From a virus (Duplodnaviria; Caudoviricetes), in IMG/VR virus record IMGVR_UViG_3300025838_000023, positions 1 to 64,000 of that record: a stretch of 64,000 bases of DNA. One strand, given 5' to 3'. The notes beneath the pieces are model-generated. The model made no database searches, had not been told where the DNA came from, and saw nothing but the letters and a program-made list of their open reading frames with translations. A program made the translations under genes and the position numbers. This document shows, in pieces, positions 52,400 to 62,287 of this stretch. Position 1 is the first letter of the stretch, and each line of letters opens with the position of its first letter.

Positions 52400-52900
52400 T
52401 CATGAAGATAATGAATTCAACAAAGAATGTATCTTATAATTTTCTGCTGGTTCCAATCCCATAGAATCTCTTAGTTCTTGTTCACTTTCCGCTCTACATA
52501 AACGATACTTCAATGGAATGTTCTTCATGAAATTGGGAGTTATTAAAATGTTACTAATAATTCTTATTTTTTGAAAGTCAGGCAAATAAACAAAATCTCC
52601 ATCAGCGTCAATTAAGATATATGCAGCTTCTTTCTCGCTATATTCGCAAACATAAACATATCCTGCGGCTGCTCTATATAGAATATCTCCTTCATATATT
52701 TCTTTTCCGTTTATATCTTTAACTCCTGTATATTGTTGTATTATTGCATCATCAGAATTAAAACAATGATATAACAATTCTTTATTACCATTGGAATTTA
52801 ATGTATAACTAAAATCCCTATAAAATAAATTTAAAGAATCAAAAAACAAAAAAGATTGCCATTCTGGATGCCACGCTCTAAATTTAAAATCTCTTTTCAT
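52400..52900 (-). CDS. YopX-family protein
   Basis: KFRAW, QQYTG.KD.NG.EIYEGDI. Confidence 0.8.
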   Translation of the reverse strand: MKRDFKFRAWHPEWQSFLFFDSLNLFYRDFSYTLNSNGNKELLYHCFNSDDAIIQQYTGVKDINGKEIYEGDILYRAAAGYVYVCEYSEKEAAYILIDADGDFVYLPDFQKIRIISNILITPNFMKNIPLKYRLCRAESEQELRDSMGLEPAENYKIHSLLNSLSS

Positions 52901-52901
52901 A

Positions 52902-53072
52902 TTATTCTTTAAAAATTACAAATACTGTTATATAGATACCTAGAACCATTCCTATAATTGCTGTTAAAATTGCTGCTGATCCTTCGATATAATGTCCTCC
53001 TAACAATCCTCCACCAGCACACAAAAAGAATGTTAATAAAAATCCTAAAATTAATTTAAATATAGATTTCAT
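52902..53072 (-). CDS. Small two-TM membrane protein (56 aa, not in ORF track)
   Basis: Translated by hand: MKSIFKLILGFLLTFFLCAGGG..ITVFVIFKE. Confidence 0.55.
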   Translation of the reverse strand: MKSIFKLILGFLLTFFLCAGGGLLGGHYIEGSAAILTAIIGMVLGIYITVFVIFKE

Positions 53073-53073
53073 A

Positions 53074-53274
53074 TTAATATTCCGTTACTTCGCATTTATC
53101 TTGATCAAATGTTGCATAGAATTTTTGACCTTTTTTATTTGTAACATATCCAGCATAGAATGGATTGTCGGTATAAAAACCATCATCTTGTGATTTCACT
53201 GTGAATTCATAACCTTTTGGAAGATTAAAAAAGGTATCTTTTTCTTTTAATTTAACTCTCATATTAATATCCAA
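53074..53274 (-). CDS. Hypothetical protein
   Basis: ORF. Confidence 0.5.
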   Translation of the reverse strand: MDINMRVKLKEKDTFFNLPKGYEFTVKSQDDGFYTDNPFYAGYVTNKKGQKFYATFDQDKCEVTEY

Positions 53275-53515
53275 ATCTTGTTAATACTTCTTCTGCGGTG
53301 ATTTGATGTATCCGTATCGCTTTTGTCAATTCTGATATAGCATCCATTGCATCACATAATTCAATTTTAGCTTCTTTCTCTGTTAATTCTGAAACTTCTT
53401 TTATTCCATTATTACTATAACGATTAATATCATCAACTTGATAATTTGCAATACGTTTTTCATATTGAGACTTCGAAACTTCTGAAATTGGTTTGTTTAA
53501 TTTTTTTGTTATCAT
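53264..53515 (-). CDS. Hypothetical protein
   Basis: ORF with TTGACA promoter. Confidence 0.55.
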   Translation of the reverse strand: MITKKLNKPISEVSKSQYEKRIANYQVDDINRYSNNGIKEVSELTEKEAKIELCDAMDAISELTKAIRIHQITAEEVLTRFGY

Positions 53516-53555
53516 ATTTCTATATTATACCATATAATAAAAATTGTCAATAAAA

Positions 53556-53795
53556 TTATTCTTTCCACCAAGAATCATCATTATCTTCTTGATGTTTTTC
53601 GATTTCTTTATCAAGTTCTTCAAATTTTTCGTCGATTAGTATAGTTTCACCCTCTAATGCAGCTAATCTTATCAACAGATTATCTAACTTTTTCTGATTT
53701 ATTTTCTTTGCACTATTAATTTCTTTTATAAATTCTTTTACTGTAAATAATGCTTCATCTAAATCCGCTGATAATGATTTAATTTTGTTTTCCAT
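53556..53795 (-). CDS. Acidic coiled-coil protein
   Basis: ORF. Confidence 0.5.
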   Translation of the reverse strand: MENKIKSLSADLDEALFTVKEFIKEINSAKKINQKKLDNLLIRLAALEGETILIDEKFEELDKEIEKHQEDNDDSWWKE

Positions 53796-53819
53796 GTTTT
53801 GTAATAATTCTAAAAAAAA

Positions 53820-54485
53820 TTAATAATAAAATTTAATTCGTTTATCGAAATTTGCAATATTTTCTGTAGTTTCCCAATAAGATTCTGCGTTATTTAGTTT
53901 ATAAGGAATTTCTTTACCATTTGCAATAATATTAACTACTTTTCCTTGTTGTATGAAATATTTTGCTAAATTCTGATAAAACTTTTTACCTTTTTTATTA
54001 GCTACTGCATCTGATTCTATACCCAAGAAATGTTTAGAGTAATAATCCATAATTAATCCTCGAACCAAACCTAAAACAGAATCAATTTGCCACAACCCAC
54101 CAATTTCCATTATATTACCTTTTGGGTTATATTTTATAAATGCTGAAATAATCTCCCAAGGCGATTCTCCACTAATAAAGAAATCCCAAATATATCCTTC
54201 AGAAATTATTCTATATAAATCATAACTTTTATCATTAATAGTTAAATTCTCAACGTATTCGCTATCTCTTATCCTTTCTACTGCCCAACTATGATTTAAT
54301 TCTTTATTATTTAAAAAATCAAAATATTCGGATTCGTAATATAGAGGAGATTCAAATACAGGAATTCTATTAATAGGAACATTTTTGTCTTTTTCTGCTT
54401 CTTCATTTAATTGATTTATCGTAAAATCAAAATAATCATTAACACTTTTTCCTTTAAATTTGCTTGTGTATATATTTAACTTCAT
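53820..54485 (-). CDS. Paralog family C, GNAT-like
   Basis: FESP; GLW, SD......GKKFY..L, YW, RIK; paralog of 58600. Confidence 0.55.
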   Translation of the reverse strand: MKLNIYTSKFKGKSVNDYFDFTINQLNEEAEKDKNVPINRIPVFESPLYYESEYFDFLNNKELNHSWAVERIRDSEYVENLTINDKSYDLYRIISEGYIWDFFISGESPWEIISAFIKYNPKGNIMEIGGLWQIDSVLGLVRGLIMDYYSKHFLGIESDAVANKKGKKFYQNLAKYFIQQGKVVNIIANGKEIPYKLNNAESYWETTENIANFDKRIKFYY

Positions 54486-54637
54486 ATCATTTCCCGCTTT
54501 TACTCATACGAATTTTAATACAATCCCACATAGTTGGAAGATTTGGTTGTAAGAGTTCCGCCTTGGATGGAATAATTAAAACTCCCACAACTAATAATAT
54601 TCCGATTACAATAATTAAAATTTCCGATTTATTCATA

Positions 54638-55153
54638 TTATAATACATCCTTCCATTTTTCGAGCATTTCTTCAGTAGATAGATTTCCTTTTTTAGGATT
54701 TATTTCACATCCTTCTAATGCTTTCCCTAATTGTTCATAAAGTTCTTTCGCTGCATTCAAAGAAAGTCGCACAGAAGGTTCAGCAAAACTTATCATAAAT
54801 GTATCCTCATAATCAATTGAAGGATTTTCAGGACGTTCTTCCTTATATACTCCATAAGGAAGCTTAATTGAATAATTATGCACACATGATTGAACAATAT
54901 CAGGAAATGGGCGATCTAACGCATCTTGTAATATTTTAGGAATTTTAGGTTCAATATTATGGTTTAGTTTTTCTGGTTGTATTGACATTCCTGCTCTATG
55001 TTCCGCAAAATTTTCACATGAAGGGCAAATCAAATCTTCTGTATGTCCTTCTGTGATAATTACTCGACAAACATTACATAAAGTTGCTCCTCTCCCATTA
55101 TTAAATTTATAAATTGGATTCATATTCAGTTTTTGTTCTATTATATCGTTCAT
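54638..55153 (-). CDS. Hypothetical protein
   Basis: KFNNGRGA.LC..CRVII. Confidence 0.55.
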   Translation of the reverse strand: MNDIIEQKLNMNPIYKFNNGRGATLCNVCRVIITEGHTEDLICPSCENFAEHRAGMSIQPEKLNHNIEPKIPKILQDALDRPFPDIVQSCVHNYSIKLPYGVYKEERPENPSIDYEDTFMISFAEPSVRLSLNAAKELYEQLGKALEGCEINPKKGNLSTEEMLEKWKDVL

Positions 55154-55635
55154 TGCTTTCTAACCCCAACATCAACATATTCAGTTTTTGGAGTATATGG
55201 AAAAGTAACAACCACATGAGAATCCTTACCAGTGAAAGATGAAGTTTGTTCTACACCTTCTTCATCAAAATAATGTTCTGTAAATACTTTCCCTTGAACA
55301 TCATAACATTCACCATTTTTATCTTTAAAAACTCTACTACAACATTTATTCTGATATTTTGGCTTGACTCCCATATAATAAACATCATTCCATTCACTAT
55401 CTTCTCCTATTAATGGCGATAAAGTTTCAAACGCTAGAACCTTTTCCAGAATATTCAATGCATAAGCCGCAGAAAATCCTGAATGGCCTTCTTTGGAAAA
55501 CTCTTCAACCATGTGAAGAATATGGTTTCTCATAGCAACTTTCATAACATCATTACTATCTTCCGACATTCCGATTATATCCAATTCTTGTTTTGTGTGT
55601 TCTATTAAATTCATATTGTTTGTATTATAACTCAC
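55150..55635 (-). CDS. Conserved phage protein
   Basis: FS.EGHSG.SA, PL.GEDSEW, QNK..S.VFK, VTFPY.P. Confidence 0.65.
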   Translation of the reverse strand: MSYNTNNMNLIEHTKQELDIIGMSEDSNDVMKVAMRNHILHMVEEFSKEGHSGFSAAYALNILEKVLAFETLSPLIGEDSEWNDVYYMGVKPKYQNKCCSRVFKDKNGECYDVQGKVFTEHYFDEEGVEQTSSFTGKDSHVVVTFPYTPKTEYVDVGVRKQ

Positions 55636-55859
55636 TTCCTGTAGATGTCAAACGCAGCTATCAATTCTAATCGTAAGTTTTCTCTACATGATTCCCTCGC
55701 TTCTCCAATAGCACCAGTTGAATCCACTAGAAACTCCAACATAGCAAAACTCAATTGTTCTTTCGATAAATGTGATAATTCATCAGGAACTATTCCATAA
55801 CCACGATATAAATCATAAACAGCACCACTTGAAAATTCTCCCACTGGTTTTTTATTCAT
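55632..55859 (-). CDS. Hypothetical protein
   Basis: ORF in run. Confidence 0.5.
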   Translation of the reverse strand: MNKKPVGEFSSGAVYDLYRGYGIVPDELSHLSKEQLSFAMLEFLVDSTGAIGEARESCRENLRLELIAAFDIYRK

Positions 55860-56133
55860 AATTCAAATCTTCTATTGTTGGGCGGGTCAATTCTTTTGGG
55901 GTATCTGTCAATTCTTCGATAAATTCTTCAACATCACACAATTCACCATCAATCCAAACCTCTCCATCTTCATCTTCTCTGATACCTCTGAAAAGCCCTG
56001 AACCTTCAGATTTTAAAACTTCCCATTGGATTTCTGTAGGCCGAACATTAATATATCGTGAATCCTCCCATAAAACTTCCGTTCCTTCTTTAAACCAAGT
56101 ATCTGCGTTTGCTATGAGTTTAACATATTTCAT
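55852..56133 (-). CDS. Hypothetical protein
   Basis: ORF in run. Confidence 0.55.
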   Translation of the reverse strand: MKYVKLIANADTWFKEGTEVLWEDSRYINVRPTEIQWEVLKSEGSGLFRGIREDEDGEVWIDGELCDVEEFIEELTDTPKELTRPTIEDLNYE

Positions 56134-56137
56134 AAAT

Positions 56138-56509
56138 TTAGTATTTTATCACAACTTGAGCATAACTAGGAAAATTTTTATAAACTTCTTCGCTGTTAGT
56201 TATCAATATTCCTTCTTGCCCATCAAACCAACTAATAGAATTATCATCAACTTTAATTGTGAATGGATGTTTCAATGAGGAATTAAATTCTTCCACTAAT
56301 GGGATTATATCTTTAATATCAAAATATTCAGAATACCAAAATGCATCACCATCTCCACCAGCACTAATACATTCTTCAAACAACCAAACTATTAGGTTCT
56401 TTATATGTTGTATGTTTATATCACCAATTTTGCAGTATCTCATGATAGTATCCTTTATAACATCCATGAATCTTTTGTAATAATTCAGGATTTTCAAATA
56501 TATTACCAA
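56138..56509 (-). CDS. Hypothetical protein (start probably downstream)
   Basis: ORF; GGDGD. Confidence 0.5.
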   Translation of the reverse strand: MVIYLKILNYYKRFMDVIKDTIMRYCKIGDINIQHIKNLIVWLFEECISAGGDGDAFWYSEYFDIKDIIPLVEEFNSSLKHPFTIKVDDNSISWFDGQEGILITNSEEVYKNFPSYAQVVIKY

Positions 56510-56846
56510 TTATCATAGCATCACCAAATTGCCCATAGGTATCTCTAATTACCCACCCTGGATGATTGTCGTGTCCATTATCTGTTCTTCTAACTAAAAC
56601 TGTATCATATTGGAAATTTTTATCATATGTTTTAGTTCCCTCTTTATATTGAATAAAATCTCCGTCATAAATATCTATACCATTCGAATCTTGAATTCCT
56701 ATATATTGCTGCCAAACTAAATCTTTTTCAATAACATAAGTTCTTAATGCAGCAAAATCATCAAAAAAATCACTTAACGGATTTCCTTGCACTACATAAA
56801 TGTTCCTTTTCGGACACCAAACCCTAAATTTTATTTCTTGTTTCAT
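56421..56846 (-). CDS. YopX-family protein
   Basis: EIKFRVW, QQY.G..D.NG.DIY.GD, IGNIFENPELL. Confidence 0.8.
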   Translation of the reverse strand: MKQEIKFRVWCPKRNIYVVQGNPLSDFFDDFAALRTYVIEKDLVWQQYIGIQDSNGIDIYDGDFIQYKEGTKTYDKNFQYDTVLVRRTDNGHDNHPGWVIRDTYGQFGDAMIIGNIFENPELLQKIHGCYKGYYHEILQNW

Positions 56847-57019
56847 AATATTTGTTTTCCATCTTTATCAATATATACAGGATCATCAAATCCTCCTTGT
56901 CCACAATCATAACATTCCAATTCCATAATAACCGCAGCAGAAGGATCAAATGGTTCACGATCAACTAACTTCTCTCGTTTACATTTTGGACATTTAAGTT
57001 TTATTTTATCGAGTTTCAT
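56843..57019 (-). CDS. Small zinc-ribbon protein (58 aa, not in ORF track)
   Basis: MKLDKIKLKCPKC..ECYDCG; ATGA overlaps on both sides. Confidence 0.55.
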   Translation of the reverse strand: MKLDKIKLKCPKCKREKLVDREPFDPSAAVIMELECYDCGQGGFDDPVYIDKDGKQIL

Positions 57020-57288
57020 GCTAGTTTAATATATTCTAAATACTTTGGATATAATTCCGTCAATTTTTTAATCCTCTCAAATTCCGCTTTAGAAATCGTC
57101 CATCCTCCATAAGTTTCATTTTTAAATGTTCTATTTGTGAAGTGTAATTCTCTTTCGAAAATAGAATTGATGAAAGTTCCAGATATATGTATTGGGACAT
57201 CTATACTTTCCCATATTTTATCATTTTCTTGGGAAACAATTTTAGTGAACCATTGGACGCTATTATCAATTATTAGGTAATATTTCAT
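57016..57288 (-). CDS. Hypothetical protein
   Basis: ORF in run. Confidence 0.5.
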   Translation of the reverse strand: MKYYLIIDNSVQWFTKIVSQENDKIWESIDVPIHISGTFINSIFERELHFTNRTFKNETYGGWTISKAEFERIKKLTELYPKYLEYIKLA

Positions 57289-57557
57289 ATTTTATTATGT
57301 TGTATATATACATCTGCAATAATAGAAACTTTTGCATTACGCACTTGTTTTCTATTAAAAATGTTCATCCACAATTTCTTAAACCATGACCAAGAATTAT
57401 ATACCGTTTTAACATCAATACGACAGTTATCAGTAGGCAATGTTTTTAGTATTGATTCTTTAATGTTGTTCGTTGTAGTTTCCGTTATAGGTTCGAAAAC
57501 ATACCCTGATAATGTTTCTTTCAATCTTTGCTCTAGTTCGTTATTATATATTGTCAT
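57285..57557 (-). CDS. Hypothetical protein
   Basis: ORF in run. Confidence 0.5.
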   Translation of the reverse strand: MTIYNNELEQRLKETLSGYVFEPITETTTNNIKESILKTLPTDNCRIDVKTVYNSWSWFKKLWMNIFNRKQVRNAKVSIIADVYIQHNKI

Positions 57558-57558
57558 A

Positions 57559-57990
57559 TTATTTTAAAATTTCAGGATGTTCTAATATATTTCCAATTAC
57601 CTCTACATCATATATATTATCAATATTGCAGCTTGATTCAGAATATAAATGATTAAATGAAACTACCCATTCCGCAATATTACTACTAGGATTTGCATAC
57701 CAAATATGTCCAATAACTTCTTGGCCTTCTCTTATCCAATCTTCTATATCATAATCGAAATATTGACATTTAACTTTCAATAAATCCCCCTCATAAATTT
57801 CATTTCCGTTTATATCCTTTAATCCAGTATATTGTTGGATAATACAATCACTTATAAGATATGCTCCTCCACATTTTCCTAAATATGTCATATATCCTTT
57901 TCTATCCGTGCTTTCAAACATTGGGTATAAATCTGTCCATTTCTTATCTACAATACTCCAAACTCTAAATTTTATTTCTCTGGTATTCAT
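57559..57990 (-). CDS. YopX-family protein
   Basis: REIKFRVW, QQYTGLKD.NG.EIYEGD, EVIGNI.E.PE. Confidence 0.85.
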   Translation of the reverse strand: MNTREIKFRVWSIVDKKWTDLYPMFESTDRKGYMTYLGKCGGAYLISDCIIQQYTGLKDINGNEIYEGDLLKVKCQYFDYDIEDWIREGQEVIGHIWYANPSSNIAEWVVSFNHLYSESSCNIDNIYDVEVIGNILEHPEILK

Positions 57991-57993
57991 ATT

Positions 57994-58260
57994 TTAAATT
58001 TCCCAAGTTGTCCAGCTAACTCTATCTCCACACTGTTCGCAATTATGTTCATCAAAATCATAATCACTATATTGAAAAATCTTTACAAAATCTTGAAATT
58101 GCACTGATCCTTCTTCTAATTGTATTTTAAATTGTTCATACAAATAATCAAGAACTTCTAATTGTTTTTCTTTGGATATATCAATTAAAGATATTCCATT
58201 AATAGTAAAATCAAAAGCTGTGCATCCTTCAATTTCTACGAATTTATATTTTGTAATCAT
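57994..58260 (-). CDS. Hypothetical protein
   Basis: EGCTAF...CEQCGD. Confidence 0.55.
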   Translation of the reverse strand: MITKYKFVEIEGCTAFDFTINGISLIDISKEKQLEVLDYLYEQFKIQLEEGSVQFQDFVKIFQYSDYDFDEHNCEQCGDRVSWTTWEI

Positions 58261-58261
58261 A

Positions 58262-58603
58262 TTATTTTGTTAATTCTTCCCAAGTGAAACTATTTAAACA
58301 TTCTTGTTCTTCTTCCGTTAGATTTCTTTGTGATCCTAGAAGGTTATCCGCAAAATCTTCAAGTTCCTTTTCTCTATTTAAACCAACAGGAGGATACCAA
58401 CTTACATGCGCATCCACTGTCCTCGTTAGCAACTTAATATTATGTTCCGAAGGTTCAATTACTACCACTTTATTTTCTTGCGTTAATCCTACAATATAAG
58501 AACCATCAAAATCCTTAACGAAATTTTTCAAATCTTCACTTAAATCACTATCCAATATTGCGGCGACAGTAACTAATCCTCGTTCGTCTCTTAAATCTTT
58601 CAT
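58262..58603 (-). CDS. Hypothetical protein
   Basis: ORF in run. Confidence 0.5.
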   Translation of the reverse strand: MKDLRDERGLVTVAAILDSDLSEDLKNFVKDFDGSYIVGLTQENKVVVIEPSEHNIKLLTRTVDAHVSWYPPVGLNREKELEDFADNLLGSQRNLTEEEQECLNSFTWEELTK

Positions 58604-59190
58604 AATTGTTTTTTATATATTTTAATTCTATACTCCGAAAAAGAACTAGTATTTCCCCAATAAGCATTCATATCGTCTATATCAAATTCTTTATCATCTC
58701 TTGTTATTACCGTTACAGTATATCCCTCTTTAGTTGCACTGTCAATTATTTTTTTCCAAAATGCTTCTCCTTGAGTGCTATGTTGTTTATCACTAATAAC
58801 AAAACTATAATTCTTTAGATAATACGAAAACAATAATTCTCTAGCTGATCCTTTATGTCGCATATCATTCCATACCCCTAAAGATTGAATTCCATTTTCA
58901 GGAACTGATTGAAACATATAATAACAACTAATAAATGGTTGTTTCGTTATCCAATAATCCATAAACCGTCCAGTAACATAGACATCCCGATACAATCCCA
59001 ATTCTACGCTTAAAGGAGTTTGGTTTATAATATGTGGATAACTTTCAACTACATTCTTTGCATTTTCTACATTGAACATCATATTATCCAAATCTTCTCC
59101 ATAATTTCTACCAATCCTTTGCGGAGATTCTATGAGTTTCACTTCTTTCTCTCTATAATATTCAAGAAATGTTTTAAAATTTGAAGTCAT
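58600..59190 (-). CDS. Paralog family C, GNAT-like, with capsid-targeting-like leader
   Basis: FKTFLEY..LIESP; VW...HKGSAR.L, ISD..HS..G..FW. Confidence 0.6.
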   Translation of the reverse strand: MTSNFKTFLEYYREKEVKLIESPQRIGRNYGEDLDNMMFNVENAKNVVESYPHIINQTPLSVELGLYRDVYVTGRFMDYWITKQPFISCYYMFQSVPENGIQSLGVWNDMRHKGSARELLFSYYLKNYSFVISDKQHSTQGEAFWKKIIDSATKEGYTVTVITRDDKEFDIDDMNAYWGNTSSFSEYRIKIYKKQL

Positions 59191-59194
59191 AATT

Positions 59195-59443
59195 TCATCT
59201 TTTCACTTGTTTACCATAATAGTGATATTTTTCTGCATCCTTTTTCGAATCATATCTATTCCATTCTCCGCACTCCAAACATATAGCGTCAACCCAATAA
59301 CAATCATCGTTACTGCACCAATTTCCTGTATCTGCCCCATACTTACAATACGCTGTTTCGTGATTACATGCTGCTCTAATTTCTTCAATACGAGCTTCCG
59401 CAATATCAATTTTCTTCTGTAATTTTATAATTTCTTTATTCAT
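59195..59443 (-). CDS. Small Cys-rich protein
   Basis: C.H...DTGNW...D.YW....C..CG. Confidence 0.55.
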   Translation of the reverse strand: MNKEIIKLQKKIDIAEARIEEIRAACNHETAYCKYGADTGNWCSNDDCYWVDAICLECGEWNRYDSKKDAEKYHYYGKQVKR

Positions 59444-59649
59444 ACTAATCCTGTAATAATATTCTTTTGGTCGATCAAATAATTCACTTCATCCGCATCA
59501 ACTCTAAAATTATGGTGGGTTGACATTAACGAAACAATATCATTAATCGACATACCTCTCAAATAATTCGAATAAATGGTTTCTACTACATTAATATTCC
59601 ATTGTTCTAGAGGCAATAATACAAAAGGTGATATATTTTTAGATTTCAT
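59440..59649 (-). CDS. Hypothetical protein
   Basis: ORF. Confidence 0.45.
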   Translation of the reverse strand: MKSKNISPFVLLPLEQWNINVVETIYSNYLRGMSINDIVSLMSTHHNFRVDADEVNYLIDQKNIITGLV

Positions 59650-59651
59650 GT

Positions 59652-60641
59652 TTAAAATTTAATTAAAGGTTTCCACCAATGCTCATTATTCAAATACCAA
59701 TCTATAGTATTCTTAATTCCTGATTCAAATGTATGAGAAGGTTTCCAGCCTATAGTATCACGAATTTTACTAGAATCAATAGCATATCTCCAATCATGCC
59801 CCTTTCTATCCTCCACGAACGTAATCAAACTCATAGGTTTACCCAAATGATTCAAAATAGTTTCTACAATTTCGATGTTCGGTTTTTCGTTATTTGATCC
59901 TATATTATATACTTCTCCAGCTTCTCCATCAAATAAAACAGCCGCAACAGCAGAACAATGATCATCAACATGAATCCAATCTCTGACATTGTTTCCCGTT
60001 CCATATATAGGTAAAGATTTATCATTCTTCGCCAACAATATCATTAATGGAATCAATTTTTCAGGATATTGATAAGCACCATAATTATTCGAACAACGAG
60101 TAACAACAACATCCATATCATACGTTTTGTGATAGGACAATGCAATCAAATCCGCAGAAGTTTTACTGGCAGAATATGGAGAACTTGGTTGTAAAGGTGA
60201 AGTTTCCGTAAATGCTCCAATATCTCCTAATGATCCATATACTTCATCCGTTGATATTTGCAAAAATCTTTTAACTTTATGATTCTTTGCACACTCAAGA
60301 AGATTACTAGTGCCTAAAACATTAGTCGTTACGAATATTTGTGGAGTGTAAATGCTTCTATCCACATGAGTTTCTGCTGCAAAATTAACCACATAATCAA
60401 AAGAATTTTCCTGAAAAACTCTATTAATCCTTTCATCATGTGAAATATTAGTATTATAATGGTTATATCTATCTCTATACCCTTCCCATACATCATGCAA
60501 ATTTGTATAGTTTCCAGCATAAGTCATATTATCTACATTCGTAATATAAACATTCAAATAATGTTTAAGCATATATCGAATGAAATTACTACCAATAAAT
60601 CCATATCCACCAGTAACTAAAATGTTAATTTTCTTGTTCAT
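59652..60641 (-). CDS. rmlB: dTDP-glucose 4,6-dehydratase
   Basis: GGYGFIG, AAETHVDRS, STDEVYG, YSASK, NNYG..Q.PEK, RDW..V.DH, GHD.RY. Confidence 0.95.
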   Translation of the reverse strand: MNKKINILVTGGYGFIGSNFIRYMLKHYLNVYITNVDNMTYAGNYTNLHDVWEGYRDRYNHYNTNISHDERINRVFQENSFDYVVNFAAETHVDRSIYTPQIFVTTNVLGTSNLLECAKNHKVKRFLQISTDEVYGSLGDIGAFTETSPLQPSSPYSASKTSADLIALSYHKTYDMDVVVTRCSNNYGAYQYPEKLIPLMILLAKNDKSLPIYGTGNNVRDWIHVDDHCSAVAAVLFDGEAGEVYNIGSNNEKPNIEIVETILNHLGKPMSLITFVEDRKGHDWRYAIDSSKIRDTIGWKPSHTFESGIKNTIDWYLNNEHWWKPLIKF

Positions 60642-60644
60642 ATT

Positions 60645-61328
60645 TTATTCTTTCACTGCAAATAACAGAATATTATCTTCTTCTGCAAGTTTATCTTCAA
60701 AATGTATATTAAATTCTGTGAGAAATTTATTAAACAAAAATTTATAAAAATCAAGACGTTTATTGTCTTTTTTATCTACTCTAACCATAAACGCTTTAAT
60801 GTTTCTCATATTATTTCTAATTGATATTCTATCTAATATAGCATTTTTTAGTGTGATAAAAAGTTCTTTGGCATACATTTGAATTTCTCCCGTTCTTTCA
60901 AATCTTCCCATTTCATCTTTAAACATAATAATACAAATATATTCCGAATCATTAATAGTTGCGAAATGTTTTTTATATTCTGTTGCTAAAATATTATCCT
61001 TTTTATATTCAGCATTAACCCTTTTCTTATCAATACTACTTTTTGCAGATTTTCCATTCACATAGTTAAGATGTAATTGAAATGTTTTTCCATTATGTAG
61101 AACAATTTTATATACATCTTCGGTTCCATCTTTAGTGGTAATATTGCTATGTATCCTATCAAAACTTTCCAAAACATAATCATAGATATCCATAGAATTT
61201 AAATTTGAAAACTCTTCATCAATCTTTATAAAATCTTCCCATATAAAATCCGGCTTGTCTACTACAAAATAATCAGTTTTATGAATAAAATCATATAATT
61301 TTTTTATGTTTTTATTATCACTATTCAT
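60645..61328 (-). CDS. Paralog family A protein
   Basis: F.W.DF, VLESF, YKI, C...FKD, TG, ELF..L, RL.FY. Confidence 0.65.
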   Translation of the reverse strand: MNSDNKNIKKLYDFIHKTDYFVVDKPDFIWEDFIKIDEEFSNLNSMDIYDYVLESFDRIHSNITTKDGTEDVYKIVLHNGKTFQLHLNYVNGKSAKSSIDKKRVNAEYKKDNILATEYKKHFATINDSEYICIIMFKDEMGRFERTGEIQMYAKELFITLKNAILDRISIRNNMRNIKAFMVRVDKKDNKRLDFYKFLFNKFLTEFNIHFEDKLAEEDNILLFAVKE

Positions 61329-61329
61329 A

Positions 61330-61743
61330 TTATTTCAACAATTCAGGATTTTCATAAATATTACCAACAATTTCATAGTATTTATTTTCTGCTTTAAGAT
61401 TCCATTGTATACTATTATCTATCGCAATCAATATCCATCCATTGTAATAATTATATTTGAAACTACCATCCGCCCAAGTTACAATCATTAAAGATCGAGT
61501 ATTCGTTTTTATAAGATCACCTTCATAGATTTCAATACCATTCATATCATTTATTCCAGTGTATTGTTCTATAATCCAATCATCATCTATAAAAGGAAAC
61601 TGAAATTCATAACGGAAATCATGATCTTTCTCCCACATAAACCACAATCCATCATCATTTTCTATCTGCACAAATTTCATTGCACCTTCTACAGTTTCAA
61701 AATCTGGCGTATACCATGCTCTAAATTTTAATTCTCTTTTCAT
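61330..61743 (-). CDS. YopX-family protein
   Basis: MKRELKFRAW (start corrected), QYTG..D.NG.EIYEGD, VGNIYENPELL. Confidence 0.85.
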   Translation of the reverse strand: MKRELKFRAWYTPDFETVEGAMKFVQIENDDGLWFMWEKDHDFRYEFQFPFIDDDWIIEQYTGINDMNGIEIYEGDLIKTNTRSLMIVTWADGSFKYNYYNGWILIAIDNSIQWNLKAENKYYEIVGNIYENPELLK

Positions 61744-61744
61744 A

Positions 61745-62251
61745 TTATTCTTCTTTTGGTAGATGTTTAATATTATCATGCAAAATATCATAAGCGGTTT
61801 CATAATACTTCAACAAACATTGAAGATCAACAAACCATTCATCTTGATCTGAAGTCGAAATAACCGCAGAAGTTTCTAAAAGATTGTATAAAACATCTAA
61901 TACATCAAAAAATTTCTTGCGATATATTGTCAATTCTTCTTTATATTTTTCTCGTTCTTTAATTGCATTCAAAGCTACTTGACGTTCTGCTGTCATTGCA
62001 TTTGTTTTTAACCCCTCATGAAAAGTATAAAATATATCTTCTACATCAAATGCCTTTCTACAAGAAGTTTTTTCAAATTCTGACATTGCATTACAAGGAA
62101 TTCCATTATTTTTATATGCTTCCTTCATCTGCTCCGCTACCTTAACCGCATATATAGGAGGATAATCACCAATACGATACGGAACTATAGCATCCTCAGT
62201 CTCCTTCGTGATATTTCTCAAATCTTCTTTAAGTTTCTCTATTTCTTGCAT
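61745..62251 (-). CDS. Hypothetical protein
   Basis: ORF with sigma70-like promoter. Confidence 0.55.
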   Translation of the reverse strand: MQEIEKLKEDLRNITKETEDAIVPYRIGDYPPIYAVKVAEQMKEAYKNNGIPCNAMSEFEKTSCRKAFDVEDIFYTFHEGLKTNAMTAERQVALNAIKEREKYKEELTIYRKKFFDVLDVLYNLLETSAVISTSDQDEWFVDLQCLLKYYETAYDILHDNIKHLPKEE

Positions 62252-62287
62252 ATTTTCATGTTATCACAAAAAAACAAAAAGTCAAAA

